Shown one piece after another: positions 9,471 through 18,215 of a stretch of DNA of 64,000 nucleotides. The stretch is from a virus. The first letter of the stretch is position 1. Every line of letters starts with the position of its first letter. Made by a program: the position numbers and the translations under genes. The notes below the pieces were generated by a model, which searched no databases, was not told the DNA's origin, and was given only the letters and a program-made list of their open reading frames with translations. The stretch spans positions 1 to 64,000 of IMG/VR virus record IMGVR_UViG_3300044634_002329; one strand, given 5' to 3'.

Positions 9471-10239
9471 CTCTATAAAATTTAAGTTGTTTACGTTTTA
9501 ATTCAAGTACATCTTGAGGTACATCTTTTAATTTAAATCCTAATCTGTTAGCAATAAAAGCATCTGTCATATTATCAGACACAGCTTTTTGTATTAACTT
9601 TCTAGGAACTTTATCATATCCTTCAGGATAATTATATTTTCTATTAGCTTTTGTTTTTTTTAACCAGTTTTTTTTCCATTCTGTGTTATATGTTTCAGGA
9701 TTATAACCTTTGTCATATATTTTCCTTAACCTAGCTATTTCTTCTATAGTAGCATCTAATGGATATTGATATTTTCTTCTTTTAAAAGCAACACATACAC
9801 TAGCATAATTTCCTAATAAACCGCATCTTGTTCTAACCATATGAATAGCTTCATCTAATTCTTTTTGAGATGATACATTATATTTAATCATTTGTTTAGC
9901 TCTATGATTTTTTTGACCTTGTTTATTATTACAAGTTTTACATATAGATCTAAAAGATGTAGAATCTACAGATAAAGGTTTACCATTTATAATTGTCCCA
10001 GCTTTAGTAGTTTTTGTAAAAAAATGTTCACTTGTTAAAGGAAAAGTTTCTTTACAATGACCACAAACTTTTTCTATTTTTTTAGGAATAGGAATATACT
10101 TTACTTTAAAGTTTTCTGACATACATTTTTTACAAATAGCTCTTAAACCAAATTTACCTCTTTTTTGAACATGAAAATATTCAAGTGTTGCAGATAATGA
10201 AATATTACATTTAGTACAAACTTTATAATTCATAATCAT
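9448..10239 (-). CDS. tandem zinc-finger protein (homing-endonuclease-like N-terminus)
   Basis: Two CxxC...CKxC units; no HNH catalytic motif seen. Confidence 0.6.
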   Translation of the reverse strand: MIMNYKVCTKCNISLSATLEYFHVQKRGKFGLRAICKKCMSENFKVKYIPIPKKIEKVCGHCKETFPLTSEHFFTKTTKAGTIINGKPLSVDSTSFRSICKTCNNKQGQKNHRAKQMIKYNVSSQKELDEAIHMVRTRCGLLGNYASVCVAFKRRKYQYPLDATIEEIARLRKIYDKGYNPETYNTEWKKNWLKKTKANRKYNYPEGYDKVPRKLIQKAVSDNMTDAFIANRLGFKLKDVPQDVLELKRKQLKFYRDVKNKAI

Positions 10240-10243
10240 ATTT

Positions 10244-10645
10244 TTAATTTAACAATCCTAATTCTTTAGCTTTTATGGGGTTAGAATGTACCCAATCATG
10301 ACATGCTCTACATGATGCTTTCCAAGTTAATTGTGCAAGTGTATGTATACCTCTATACTCTGTATGATGAATATCACATGCTTGACCTTTACAAATTCCT
10401 GGAATAACTATCTCACATAATGGATGTTTAGTTAAGTATTCTGTTCTCATTAAACTATAAGCTTTATCTATTGCTTTTTGTTTTTCTGACTTAACCCGAA
10501 GGGTAGATTTTGCTGTTGGTTTTTTAATGCTTTTTGTTTGGCTACTCCAGCATTGTTTGCAAAATCTACTACCTTCATGGTTTTTCCATATGATGGTCAT
10601 CTCTTGACAACCATCACATAGTTTTTTCTTTGCTGCAATACCCAT
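10244..10645 (-). CDS. HNH endonuclease (NinG-like)
   Basis: CEI..C..DIHH...CRACHDWVH plus N-terminal zinc ribbon. Confidence 0.75.
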   Translation of the reverse strand: MGIAAKKKLCDGCQEMTIIWKNHEGSRFCKQCWSSQTKSIKKPTAKSTLRVKSEKQKAIDKAYSLMRTEYLTKHPLCEIVIPGICKGQACDIHHTEYRGIHTLAQLTWKASCRACHDWVHSNPIKAKELGLLN

Positions 10646-11164
10646 TTATTTTCTTAATTTGGGTAATGCAAAAGGATCCATTGTTAATTCCATAAAGTTT
10701 TTAGGAAGAATTCCTTCTTTAATAAAAATACTAACAATGACATCTTTAGAGATATTTAAATCTTTAAAGGTCAATGTATTTTTAAACTGTTCATCAGTTT
10801 CAGTATTTTCTAAAAAGAAATCTGTTAATGGACTGTTTGGAAACAATGTTTTAAACACCATATTACTATATTGAATAGTAACTTGTTGTTTTAACTTGTT
10901 AAGAATAATCTGACCTCTTTTGTAGACTCTGAATATTCTTTCTTTTTTCTTTGAACAAATCTCAGCAAGTTCACTTTCTGAAAGGGCATTAAGACCAAAT
11001 AATGCTCTTTTATACAAATAATTTTGATAAGCTGAATATGAATCTTTTTCATACTCCATATATGTTTTTTTCTTAGTTGTTTGATATTCACTAAGTTGAC
11101 CAACATAATTTAAGCTATTGTGTTTTTGTACATACTTTTCCATAATAATACATTTTGTAATCAT
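10646..11164 (-). CDS. conserved hypothetical protein
   Basis: 172-aa ORF in middle-gene block. Confidence 0.7.
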   Translation of the reverse strand: MITKCIIMEKYVQKHNSLNYVGQLSEYQTTKKKTYMEYEKDSYSAYQNYLYKRALFGLNALSESELAEICSKKKERIFRVYKRGQIILNKLKQQVTIQYSNMVFKTLFPNSPLTDFFLENTETDEQFKNTLTFKDLNISKDVIVSIFIKEGILPKNFMELTMDPFALPKLRK

Positions 11165-11215
11165 AAAATAAAAGGAGGACCTAAGCCCCCTTTTTACTTA
11201 AACAATCAATTAAAG

Positions 11216-11677
11216 TTAAATTGAAAATTTTTCATTAGGTTGAACAGCTGACTCATTTACAGCATATGCCAAACGTAACTCATCTACATTGTCATGCATG
11301 ATAAGTGTGTCTTCAGCATTAGCATTGAAAGAAAACTTGGTTTTACGGTAAATTGGTTGACCATTTAAAGAACAAACAATACCAGTATCACCAGCAACTT
11401 TCAAGTCTCTTTCAGGATTCTTTTTGTTGAATGGCTCTAAAGACTCCACGATAATTACATTACCGTTTAATACTTGACCAGCTTTAAAATCAGCTAATAA
11501 TAAATCACCCATTGTACCAGGGATTAATGCTGAGACCATTTTGGATTTTAAAAATCCATCATTGTCAATAAGAGTTTTTTGTTGTTGGACTTTAACATAA
11601 CCAAACTCAGGATTGGCACTTTGGCAAATAACTGTACCAGTAGTAGCATCAGCTACAACAGTTGCTTTTGAATTCAT
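11216..11677 (-). CDS. conserved hypothetical protein, possibly ssDNA-binding
   Basis: Beta-rich 153-aa ORF with its own terminator; function is a guess. Confidence 0.6.
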   Translation of the reverse strand: MNSKATVVADATTGTVICQSANPEFGYVKVQQQKTLIDNDGFLKSKMVSALIPGTMGDLLLADFKAGQVLNGNVIIVESLEPFNKKNPERDLKVAGDTGIVCSLNGQPIYRKTKFSFNANAEDTLIMHDNVDELRLAYAVNESAVQPNEKFSI

Positions 11678-11772
11678 AATTTGAATTTTAAATAAATAAA
11701 TAGAAATTTTTGAGTTGAGATACTATACAATAATCACTCTGTTACTGTAAGTGGTAATATTTATTACAAATA

Positions 11773-12045
11773 TTAATTATTCAAGGAATCTGATAAGTCT
11801 ATGATGTCATCAAAAGGTTCATCATCAGATATTTTTTCATTTAGATCTTCATCATCTGTGTTAAGATAATCAAAATCATAGTATTTTTCTGATTTGTTTT
11901 GTTCTACGGCTGACCCTTTAAACGGATCCTGTACATGCTCACCAAAATCTATAGACATTAGATACTGTATATCTAAATCTGTTAATTCTAGATACTGTTC
12001 TATGGTTAAATAGACTACTTTTCCATTAGGTAACTGGTAATGCAT
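11773..12045 (-). CDS. acidic conserved hypothetical protein
   Basis: MHYQLPNGKVVYLTIEQYL; D/E-rich tail. Confidence 0.7.
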   Translation of the reverse strand: MHYQLPNGKVVYLTIEQYLELTDLDIQYLMSIDFGEHVQDPFKGSAVEQNKSEKYYDFDYLNTDDEDLNEKISDDEPFDDIIDLSDSLNN

Positions 12046-12201
12046 GTATAAAATATATGAGTAAATATACTTCTTATATTAATAAGTATACTTGTTCATT
12101 TAATTAATTCTGCACTATATAGCTAATGATAATAGAGTATGTACAAAATATACATACTCTTTCATCATCTGGTCTGGAAAAGTATATTTGCACATACTTT
12201 C

Positions 12202-12618
12202 TTAAAACTCTTCAAAAATTGTCAAGTGATCATGATGACAGTAACTTGTACCTGCTTCTTTTTTACCATTATTAACATTCTGAAATGATATTGCATAGTT
12301 AGAATTTTCATGATAACCTCTGAAATCCATAACTGTTACAAGAACTAACCCATCATTTATTAAACCTGCTTCATTCATTCCTTTAATATCAGCAGTATAT
12401 GAAAGATAAGTATAGTTTATATAACACAATGTACCATTTGGAATAGGCTCAAACAACTTGTTTCCTAAATGTAATTTAAATAAATGATTACATGCAGGAT
12501 ATGATGAACCAACTTGATAAGTAAGCAGTTTTACAATTTCTTCTGCATTGGGGTGAACTATTATCTGGGACAATAATCTTCCTATATCAGTTTCATCATA
12601 GTTTACAGATATATTCAT
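12202..12618 (-). CDS. hypothetical protein
   Basis: 138-aa ORF. Confidence 0.65.
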   Translation of the reverse strand: MNISVNYDETDIGRLLSQIIVHPNAEEIVKLLTYQVGSSYPACNHLFKLHLGNKLFEPIPNGTLCYINYTYLSYTADIKGMNEAGLINDGLVLVTVMDFRGYHENSNYAISFQNVNNGKKEAGTSYCHHDHLTIFEEF

Positions 12619-12620
12619 GA

Positions 12621-12857
12621 CTAATCATTTCTTTGTTTGTAATCAAGCAATTTGTTAAACAAATCTTGATTAAATGTTGTAAACCATTTAAAGTTACAAC
12701 ACTTAGATCCAATTTCAACTCTACCTTCTGAATCATCAGGATGATAAGTAGATTTGATACCACCTGAAAGAACTTTGGTAGTACCATTTTCTTCTATAAC
12801 AACATCAGACTTTAAATCAAAGCCTAACACTGAATTGATGGTATAACTATCTTTCAT
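12621..12857 (-). CDS. hypothetical protein
   Basis: Coupled ORF. Confidence 0.6.
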   Translation of the reverse strand: MKDSYTINSVLGFDLKSDVVIEENGTTKVLSGGIKSTYHPDDSEGRVEIGSKCCNFKWFTTFNQDLFNKLLDYKQRND

Positions 12858-13195
12858 TACTTTCCAAATAATTCTTTTAACATTCCTTCCATGCCTGATC
12901 TACCAGCTTCCATTTTCTTTAGTTCAATAATTCTATGAAACATAAAGAAAACCATAGTAACTTCATTCATGTGTTTACAATGACCAAGTATTTGTTGAAT
13001 CATGTCTGTGACTTTATTTTTTTCATTCCATGACTCACTACATGCTTTAGCCAATTCTTCTGCTCTCTCATTGGTAATACCAAGAGTTTCGTGCATTAAA
13101 TCTGTATCTTCATTGATAATACAGATTTTAAATTCTCCATCTTGAGAATAAGTTTGTTTCTTTTTTGCAAATAAAGATTTCCAGATCTTTTTCAT
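12857..13195 (-). CDS. hypothetical protein (paralog of 6534..6887)
   Basis: Shared LGIT.ERA.EL motif. Confidence 0.7.
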   Translation of the reverse strand: MKKIWKSLFAKKKQTYSQDGEFKICIINEDTDLMHETLGITNERAEELAKACSESWNEKNKVTDMIQQILGHCKHMNEVTMVFFMFHRIIELKKMEAGRSGMEGMLKELFGK

Positions 13196-13306
13196 AATTG
13201 ATTGTATTAATTGTTAAATAAATAGTGAGTATAGACCATATCACTGATCTATACTCAACCTTAAATCAAAATTGGGAACAACGATTTAAAGCTATAAAAT
13301 GATGTT

Positions 13307-13576
13307 TTAATTGAATTCTGAATCTAAATTGATCCATTCATTATCTACCATGATGTAAATTTCATGTATAAAACCTTTTGTACTTAGAATATAAATTGTA
13401 TCCTCAAATGTTATTTCAAGCATATTATCTTTATTTCTAGTAATATCTAATGCATTGTCCCCATGCAGTTTTATTACATTTTTTACAAATCTTTTTTCTT
13501 GATAAGAAAGTTTTTCTTTGGTAGGTAATTGACCAGAAAATAATCCAGTAAATGCTAAAATAATAATCAATTTCAT
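13307..13576 (-). CDS. exported hypothetical protein
   Basis: N-terminal signal peptide. Confidence 0.6.
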   Translation of the reverse strand: MKLIIILAFTGLFSGQLPTKEKLSYQEKRFVKNVIKLHGDNALDITRNKDNMLEITFEDTIYILSTKGFIHEIYIMVDNEWINLDSEFN

Positions 13577-13854
13577 TTTGGTAATTCTTGAATTAGTTTC
13601 ATATACTCTGTTACTTCTTCTTGTTTTAAGTGACCAACAGTATCATTAGCAACAGGACTATTAAAATAATTCACTGCAGAATTTACTTGTGGTATAAATT
13701 TTAACGGAGTTATTTGGTATAACCCGGCAATACCACCTTTAGTAAATGGACCCATAGCAACTGAAATACCATATCCATTATCAAACATACATGTAGCTTT
13801 AACTACATTATACTCTTGAGTAAACTCTAAGTCTTTAAATGTTTTTATTTCCAT
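13573..13854 (-). CDS. conserved phage protein
   Basis: FDNGYGISV...GG..GLY...DTVGHL family motif. Confidence 0.7.
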   Translation of the reverse strand: MEIKTFKDLEFTQEYNVVKATCMFDNGYGISVAMGPFTKGGIAGLYQITPLKFIPQVNSAVNYFNSPVANDTVGHLKQEEVTEYMKLIQELPK

Positions 13855-14093
13855 GATGCTTTAATTATTGTTACAGCTAATCCAACGGCCATAATTCCAC
13901 AAGCTACCCATATTGTGTATTTAAAAGGTAGTAAATTAATTTCATATTGAATTATACTTTGAACTTTTGCCAATTCAAATTCAATATTAAGTTTTTCTTG
14001 ATAGTATTTGTCAGGATCATGTTGTACAAAAGGTAAATCATATAATTGACTTTCTAATTCTTCTTTTCTTTTGTTTAACTTTTTAAGTGACAT
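13845..14093 (-). CDS. coiled-coil membrane protein
   Basis: C-terminal TM segment. Confidence 0.6.
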   Translation of the reverse strand: MSLKKLNKRKEELESQLYDLPFVQHDPDKYYQEKLNIEFELAKVQSIIQYEINLLPFKYTIWVACGIMAVGLAVTIIKASWK

Positions 14094-14183
14094 AACTTTT
14101 GATATTTGTAATTAAAAATACTGACTATAACAGTTTGTATAGAAATGTCTAAGAAATATACAAGTTTGATTTTCACATTATCA

Positions 14184-14462
14184 TTAAGCTTTCAATGACA
14201 ATTTAACACTTGGCTTACCCCATTGAGCTAACCATTTTGCAGCATTACCTGATCTGATCCACTCAACTTTTGCCTGAGCAACTTTCAATCTATCCTCTGC
14301 TGTCTTAGCATAAATAGATTTATCCAAATTCACTTTAGTTTCTGCAGAATTAGTTTCTGCTAAAACTTTAAGTCTTTCACCATGACCTGCACCTGCTCCA
14401 TCATACTTAGGAGTTGTTTTTGTTACCACTTTTGTGGCAAAGTTTAGATTTAACTTTGACAT
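14184..14462 (-). CDS. basic hypothetical protein
   Basis: 92-aa ORF with A-rich leader. Confidence 0.65.
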   Translation of the reverse strand: MSKLNLNFATKVVTKTTPKYDGAGAGHGERLKVLAETNSAETKVNLDKSIYAKTAEDRLKVAQAKVEWIRSGNAAKWLAQWGKPSVKLSLKA

Positions 14463-14554
14463 ATATTTGTTATTAATTGTTTACAAATTTATAAAAAATG
14501 CTGTCTTTCCAGCTGTCATCAATTTCATCACTGATGTCTATTGAGAACCGTGAG

Positions 14555-14668
14555 TAGTCAGGACAGGACTTGAACCTGTATCATTGTGTACATCAATAAT
14601 CTTCCGACCACATCATCCTTGCAAGATGATTGTCAATGAAGTGCGTCTACCAATTCCGCCACCTGACC
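14555..14668 (-). ncRNA. tRNA(Leu)-like RNA with expanded anticodon region
   Basis: GGTCAGG/CCTGACT acceptor, GCG-GAATTGGTAGA-CGC D-arm, ACAGG-TTCAAGT-CCTGT T-arm; ~60-nt insert replaces anticodon/variable arms. Confidence 0.75.
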
Positions 14669-14760
14669 ATAAAAAAACAGGAAGCTACCTGTTCAGATTG
14701 TAGAAAAGTATCACATTCTCTATTTAACGCTAAACCCATGCCTTTGGGTCAATCTGTTTT

Positions 14761-14857
14761 GAGGATGAGAAGTCCTCTGTGTTGTGTAAATAAGAATCTA
14801 TTTCTAGACTCAACCACTATACAAAATACCTCTTTCCTTTCTCACAGGAACAACACA
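14761..14857 (-). ncRNA. structured RNA with loop-loop pseudoknot
   Basis: TGTGTTG/CAACACA stem; TTCCT-GTGAGAA-AGGAA and GAGGA-CTTCTCA-TCCTC hairpins with complementary loops. Confidence 0.55.
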
Positions 14858-14938
14858 TTGTAGCCAGAGTAAGTATCACCCTACTCTGACTTAGTACATG
14901 TCTAGCTCCATGTACTGGGGTTGAGTCCAAATTGAACC

Positions 14939-15280
14939 CTAAGCTTTTTTGAACTTATGTTCAATGATTCTTTTTATCAAAGATATAGAATATTCAATAT
15001 CTTCTGATGTTAAAGACCCTGTATTTTCTTGAACTTGCTCACAATGATAAGCAATCATGTTTAAACATCTTTCTGTCTCTTTGGCAAGTGCTTTGAACTT
15101 ATCTTCAGCTTCAACAGATACTTGGTAAGACTGTAATTGAGCTTCAATTGAACTAGATAACAACTCTGTTAACTGTTCAACTTGTTGTTCTAAAACTTCT
15201 ACTGATTTAGGAGCTTCAGGTTTTACTTTTTTTGTGTACTTTCTCTTAGGAGTTTCCACTTTTTTTTCAGGTTTTCCCAT
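14939..15280 (-). CDS. coiled-coil hypothetical protein
   Basis: Basic N-terminus PKRKYTKK, heptads. Confidence 0.65.
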   Translation of the reverse strand: MGKPEKKVETPKRKYTKKVKPEAPKSVEVLEQQVEQLTELLSSSIEAQLQSYQVSVEAEDKFKALAKETERCLNMIAYHCEQVQENTGSLTSEDIEYSISLIKRIIEHKFKKA

Positions 15281-15298
15281 TTTATTTTATTTTAAGGG

Positions 15299-16411
15299 TT
15301 AAATATAATTTTCAAGAATTTCATGTTGTTTATTAGGAATAAACAATCCTTTGGATTTATCAGAACATAACCATGATATAAAATAATCTTTGTGTTTTTG
15401 ATCTACTGATGTATTTCTAATAGAATACATTTGATCTAATACAACATGATTAATTCCAACTATTCTTACTCCTGCTGTAGCTCTGACACCTTCTCTATCA
15501 TATCTAAAGACATAATAGTTTTTGTTTCTTACACTTCTTTCATAGTTAGTATAAACACAGTGTTTCATTGTAGTACCTTCTTCAAACAACTCAATGTTAC
15601 TCTTGATAAGACTAATACCTTCAGGTGTTTCAATCTCAGGATAGTTATAATCAACAGGTTGTATAGACTTTATAGCCATACCCATTAATTCTCTAGTCCA
15701 TTCAGCATGAACTTCCTTCATTCTAGTCTCTGACCACTTAAGATTTACTTTTCTATCAAGCATTTCAGCTTGAGTAAATAAATCTTCAAGTTCACCATTG
15801 TACCTAGTAGTTCTTTGTTTTGCTACATGTTCTAGACCTTCATTAGGATTAGTAGCATATAATATATACTTTCTTAATCCTTTTGGTGAATTAAATTCAT
15901 CTACTGTGAATGTTTTGTAAAACAATTCAGGTGATATGTCTAGATTTTTGTAAGGACTAGTCTTAAGATATGCTTTTACATAATCTCTTGGATTAGTAAT
16001 CTTACCCTTAATCATATTCTGAAGCATTGTCTTGTTTAACAATGTCTTTAATGCATGTGATAAAGCATTAAACCAGTCTAATTTAAAGAACTGAATAATA
16101 TCAGGTAATATTGTACCTTCTAATATCTGAATAGAATTACCAAACCAAATCTTAATGGTTTTCTTTTCTTTGTCAAAGCTAACACCTGCTTTATTACTAT
16201 TTAAGTAGAAAAGCCTGTTGTTTTCAAATCTCGGGACTCTATTACTGTTACACCAATAGACATGTGTATCAGTTTCTTTTCTATTTGTAGTAGAAAAACC
16301 ATAGATTTCTCCCTTATAAAACAAATATCTCTGTACTTCTACAGGCATTGCTTTATATTCTTCCATTTTTGCTAAACTTTGTTCTCCGTGAATAATAGTT
16401 TTAATTTCCAT
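15299..16411 (-). CDS. PcfJ-like domain protein
   Basis: ELFEEGTTMKHCVYTNY...RATA...QMYSIRN. Confidence 0.75.
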   Translation of the reverse strand: MEIKTIIHGEQSLAKMEEYKAMPVEVQRYLFYKGEIYGFSTTNRKETDTHVYWCNSNRVPRFENNRLFYLNSNKAGVSFDKEKKTIKIWFGNSIQILEGTILPDIIQFFKLDWFNALSHALKTLLNKTMLQNMIKGKITNPRDYVKAYLKTSPYKNLDISPELFYKTFTVDEFNSPKGLRKYILYATNPNEGLEHVAKQRTTRYNGELEDLFTQAEMLDRKVNLKWSETRMKEVHAEWTRELMGMAIKSIQPVDYNYPEIETPEGISLIKSNIELFEEGTTMKHCVYTNYERSVRNKNYYVFRYDREGVRATAGVRIVGINHVVLDQMYSIRNTSVDQKHKDYFISWLCSDKSKGLFIPNKQHEILENYI

Positions 16412-16476
16412 TTTTAAGTATATTTTTTGAGTAAATAATAATAATTAGAGAGCCTTTCAACTCTCCAATTATATAG

Positions 16477-16752
16477 CTAATATCCTTCACTGCATTGCTG
16501 ACACATGTGAACTTCATCACACTGACATGTTAATGCCGGATCAATGCTGTGTAACATTGCCATATCAGCATGTTCACTAGCAATATCTCCATGTACCTGA
16601 AATTTAGGCTTAGAGACCGGCTTAACTTTAATACTCTTAACAATTAACTTAAGAGTATTTCTTAGATGAGTGACATCCATATCATCAATGGATATTCTTT
16701 GACCGTTTTTCATGGTCCAATAAACTGTTTCCATAATTATAATTTTAGACAT
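16477..16752 (-). CDS. hypothetical protein
   Basis: WTMKNG..I.IDDMD..HLRN motif; Cys tail. Confidence 0.65.
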   Translation of the reverse strand: MSKIIIMETVYWTMKNGQRISIDDMDVTHLRNTLKLIVKSIKVKPVSKPKFQVHGDIASEHADMAMLHSIDPALTCQCDEVHMCQQCSEGY

Positions 16753-16839
16753 TTATAAAACATTTTTAATAAAACAGTTGTAACCCGATATACCATTCCC
16801 ACCAGGGTACTCTATAGTATACTCAATGTTACAACTGTT

Positions 16840-16945
16840 AATACCCTCTGCACTCAATTATAACTATCTCCGTGGCTGTAAGACGTAGTGGAGTCATTCA
16901 TTACAATTGCTCACCCTTGGGAAGTGAGAATGGTGCATTACTACT
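16840..16945 (-). ncRNA. twister-like self-cleaving ribozyme (variant)
   Basis: UAA-UGCA-CC...CUCAC-UUCCCAAGG-GUGAG...UGCA-GA-GGG; CCC/GGG and CC/GG pseudoknots; 9-bp extra stem. Confidence 0.6.
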
Positions 16946-16953
16946 TTGCTTAG

Positions 16954-17058
16954 GCATCAACAACCCCCTCAAGTAGAACAGGACCGAAACTACTTGCATG
17001 TAAACTGAATAGAGTGCAAAGTTTGAAAAACTCCTCTTCAGTTATTTACAGTTGATGC
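16954..17058 (-). ncRNA. three-way-junction structured RNA
   Basis: GCATCAAC/GTTGATGC closing stem, long arm and CAAGTAG/CTACTTG arm. Confidence 0.45.
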
Positions 17059-17063
17059 ATTAT

Positions 17064-17149
17064 TGGTACTCTTACAGGGTTGCAACCCCTGACTCATATA
17101 GAATACTATGACCATCTAACTATGAGTTTATCCTGCTTGGATAAGAGTA
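17064..17149 (-). ncRNA. cloverleaf/tRNA-like RNA ending in CCA
   Basis: TACTCTTA/TAAGAGTA-CCA stem, TCC-AAGCA-GGA, ACTCATA/TATGAGT, CAGGG-GTTGCAA-CCCTG. Confidence 0.5.
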
Positions 17150-17562
17150 ATTGTGTACAGCATTATTGGTTAGCTGTACGGCTTGTGACTAGGATTACTG
17201 CCTAGCTCCTTAATTGTTACATAATGTAATCTGTTCCTATCATTAGTTCAAGGATACTGATTAGTATATAAAGAGGAATTCTTCATTATTTATGACCGGA
17301 CACTAATCCCGGATAATCTTACTGTACTCTTCCTATAAGTAATAGATAAGATAATAGTAATAGTAGGTAAGAGTGTATATATAGTAATAGGTATTTATAG
17401 CCATATATAAATGTATGTAGAGTGACATGACTAGATTATCTTAGTCTGTTAATGACCGAAGATATGGCAACTGTTTATCACCCACTCACTGACACTCAGA
17501 CACTTACATAATTAATATTAACTATTAACTTGCCACAATGTTGTCAAACTAGTACCTTATCT

Positions 17563-17590
17563 TGACCGATTCATGACCGATAAATGACCG
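17563..17590. repeat. three TGACCG direct repeats at 11-bp period
   Basis: Copies at 17563, 17574, 17585; more at 17293 and 17453. Confidence 0.7.
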
Positions 17591-17783
17591 TACAATAAGC
17601 ATTATTACTATTCTTTTACTATTAAAGTTATAAAAATTTAAGCCGAGACGTAGTCTCCATAGGTATTTTTATAAAAGACATATTTTATAACTACCTGATT
17701 ACTAATACCAAAGTCTACTTGTTACACACGGTGGAGACAACTAAATAAAAACAGGATACACATTTCTGTGTACCCTGTAATAT

Positions 17784-18215
17784 TTAAGCATCAAGCTTTT
17801 CAGACTCAAACTCAAGCTCTCCAAACATGTTGTCTGTAAGAGTCACACCTGTTGGTAGTGAACTTAGAGTAGTCCATGGAAGTCTTGCTGAACCGTCTTC
17901 ATTGAAGCTACGGCTGATTTGCCCCAAATAGGTTTCTCCAACCTCCATACCTTGGTCAATAGACTTTTGGAAAACAACTACATTCTCAATAGTATGAGAA
18001 TTACCTGAATTGTCTGTAAACACAACAGTTGCTAATCCATGCTCAATGGTTTTACCACTAGCATTTTGATAGCTAAAAGGCCCCTCAACTTTAGTTTTTG
18101 GGTCAATTCTTGTTTTAGACAATCTCTTAAGTGTACCTTTGATATTAGATACATAAGACACATTACCGTTTTCACTAACGGTTTCTACCCACTTTAAATC
18201 AACTTTTTTAGACAT
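17784..18215 (-). CDS. early protein, possible OB-fold ssDNA-binding protein
   Basis: Beta-rich with acidic C-terminus; own promoter and terminator. Confidence 0.6.
   Translation of the reverse strand: MSKKVDLKWVETVSENGNVSYVSNIKGTLKRLSKTRIDPKTKVEGPFSYQNASGKTIEHGLATVVFTDNSGNSHTIENVVVFQKSIDQGMEVGETYLGQISRSFNEDGSARLPWTTLSSLPTGVTLTDNMFGELEFESEKLDA

Noticed and set aside
14694-14756. Pistol ribozyme (contains CGTTAAATAG and a 5-bp/6-nt hairpin)
   Set aside because: No downstream complement to loop AAGGCA and no GCGU core.
14630-14863. Plus-strand 77-aa ORF
   Set aside because: Antisense to structured RNAs, non-ATG start, against local gene orientation.
16954-17058. Hammerhead ribozyme (CUGAAGA present)
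   Set aside because: No GAAA after a stem II; the CUGAA is paired within a long stem.
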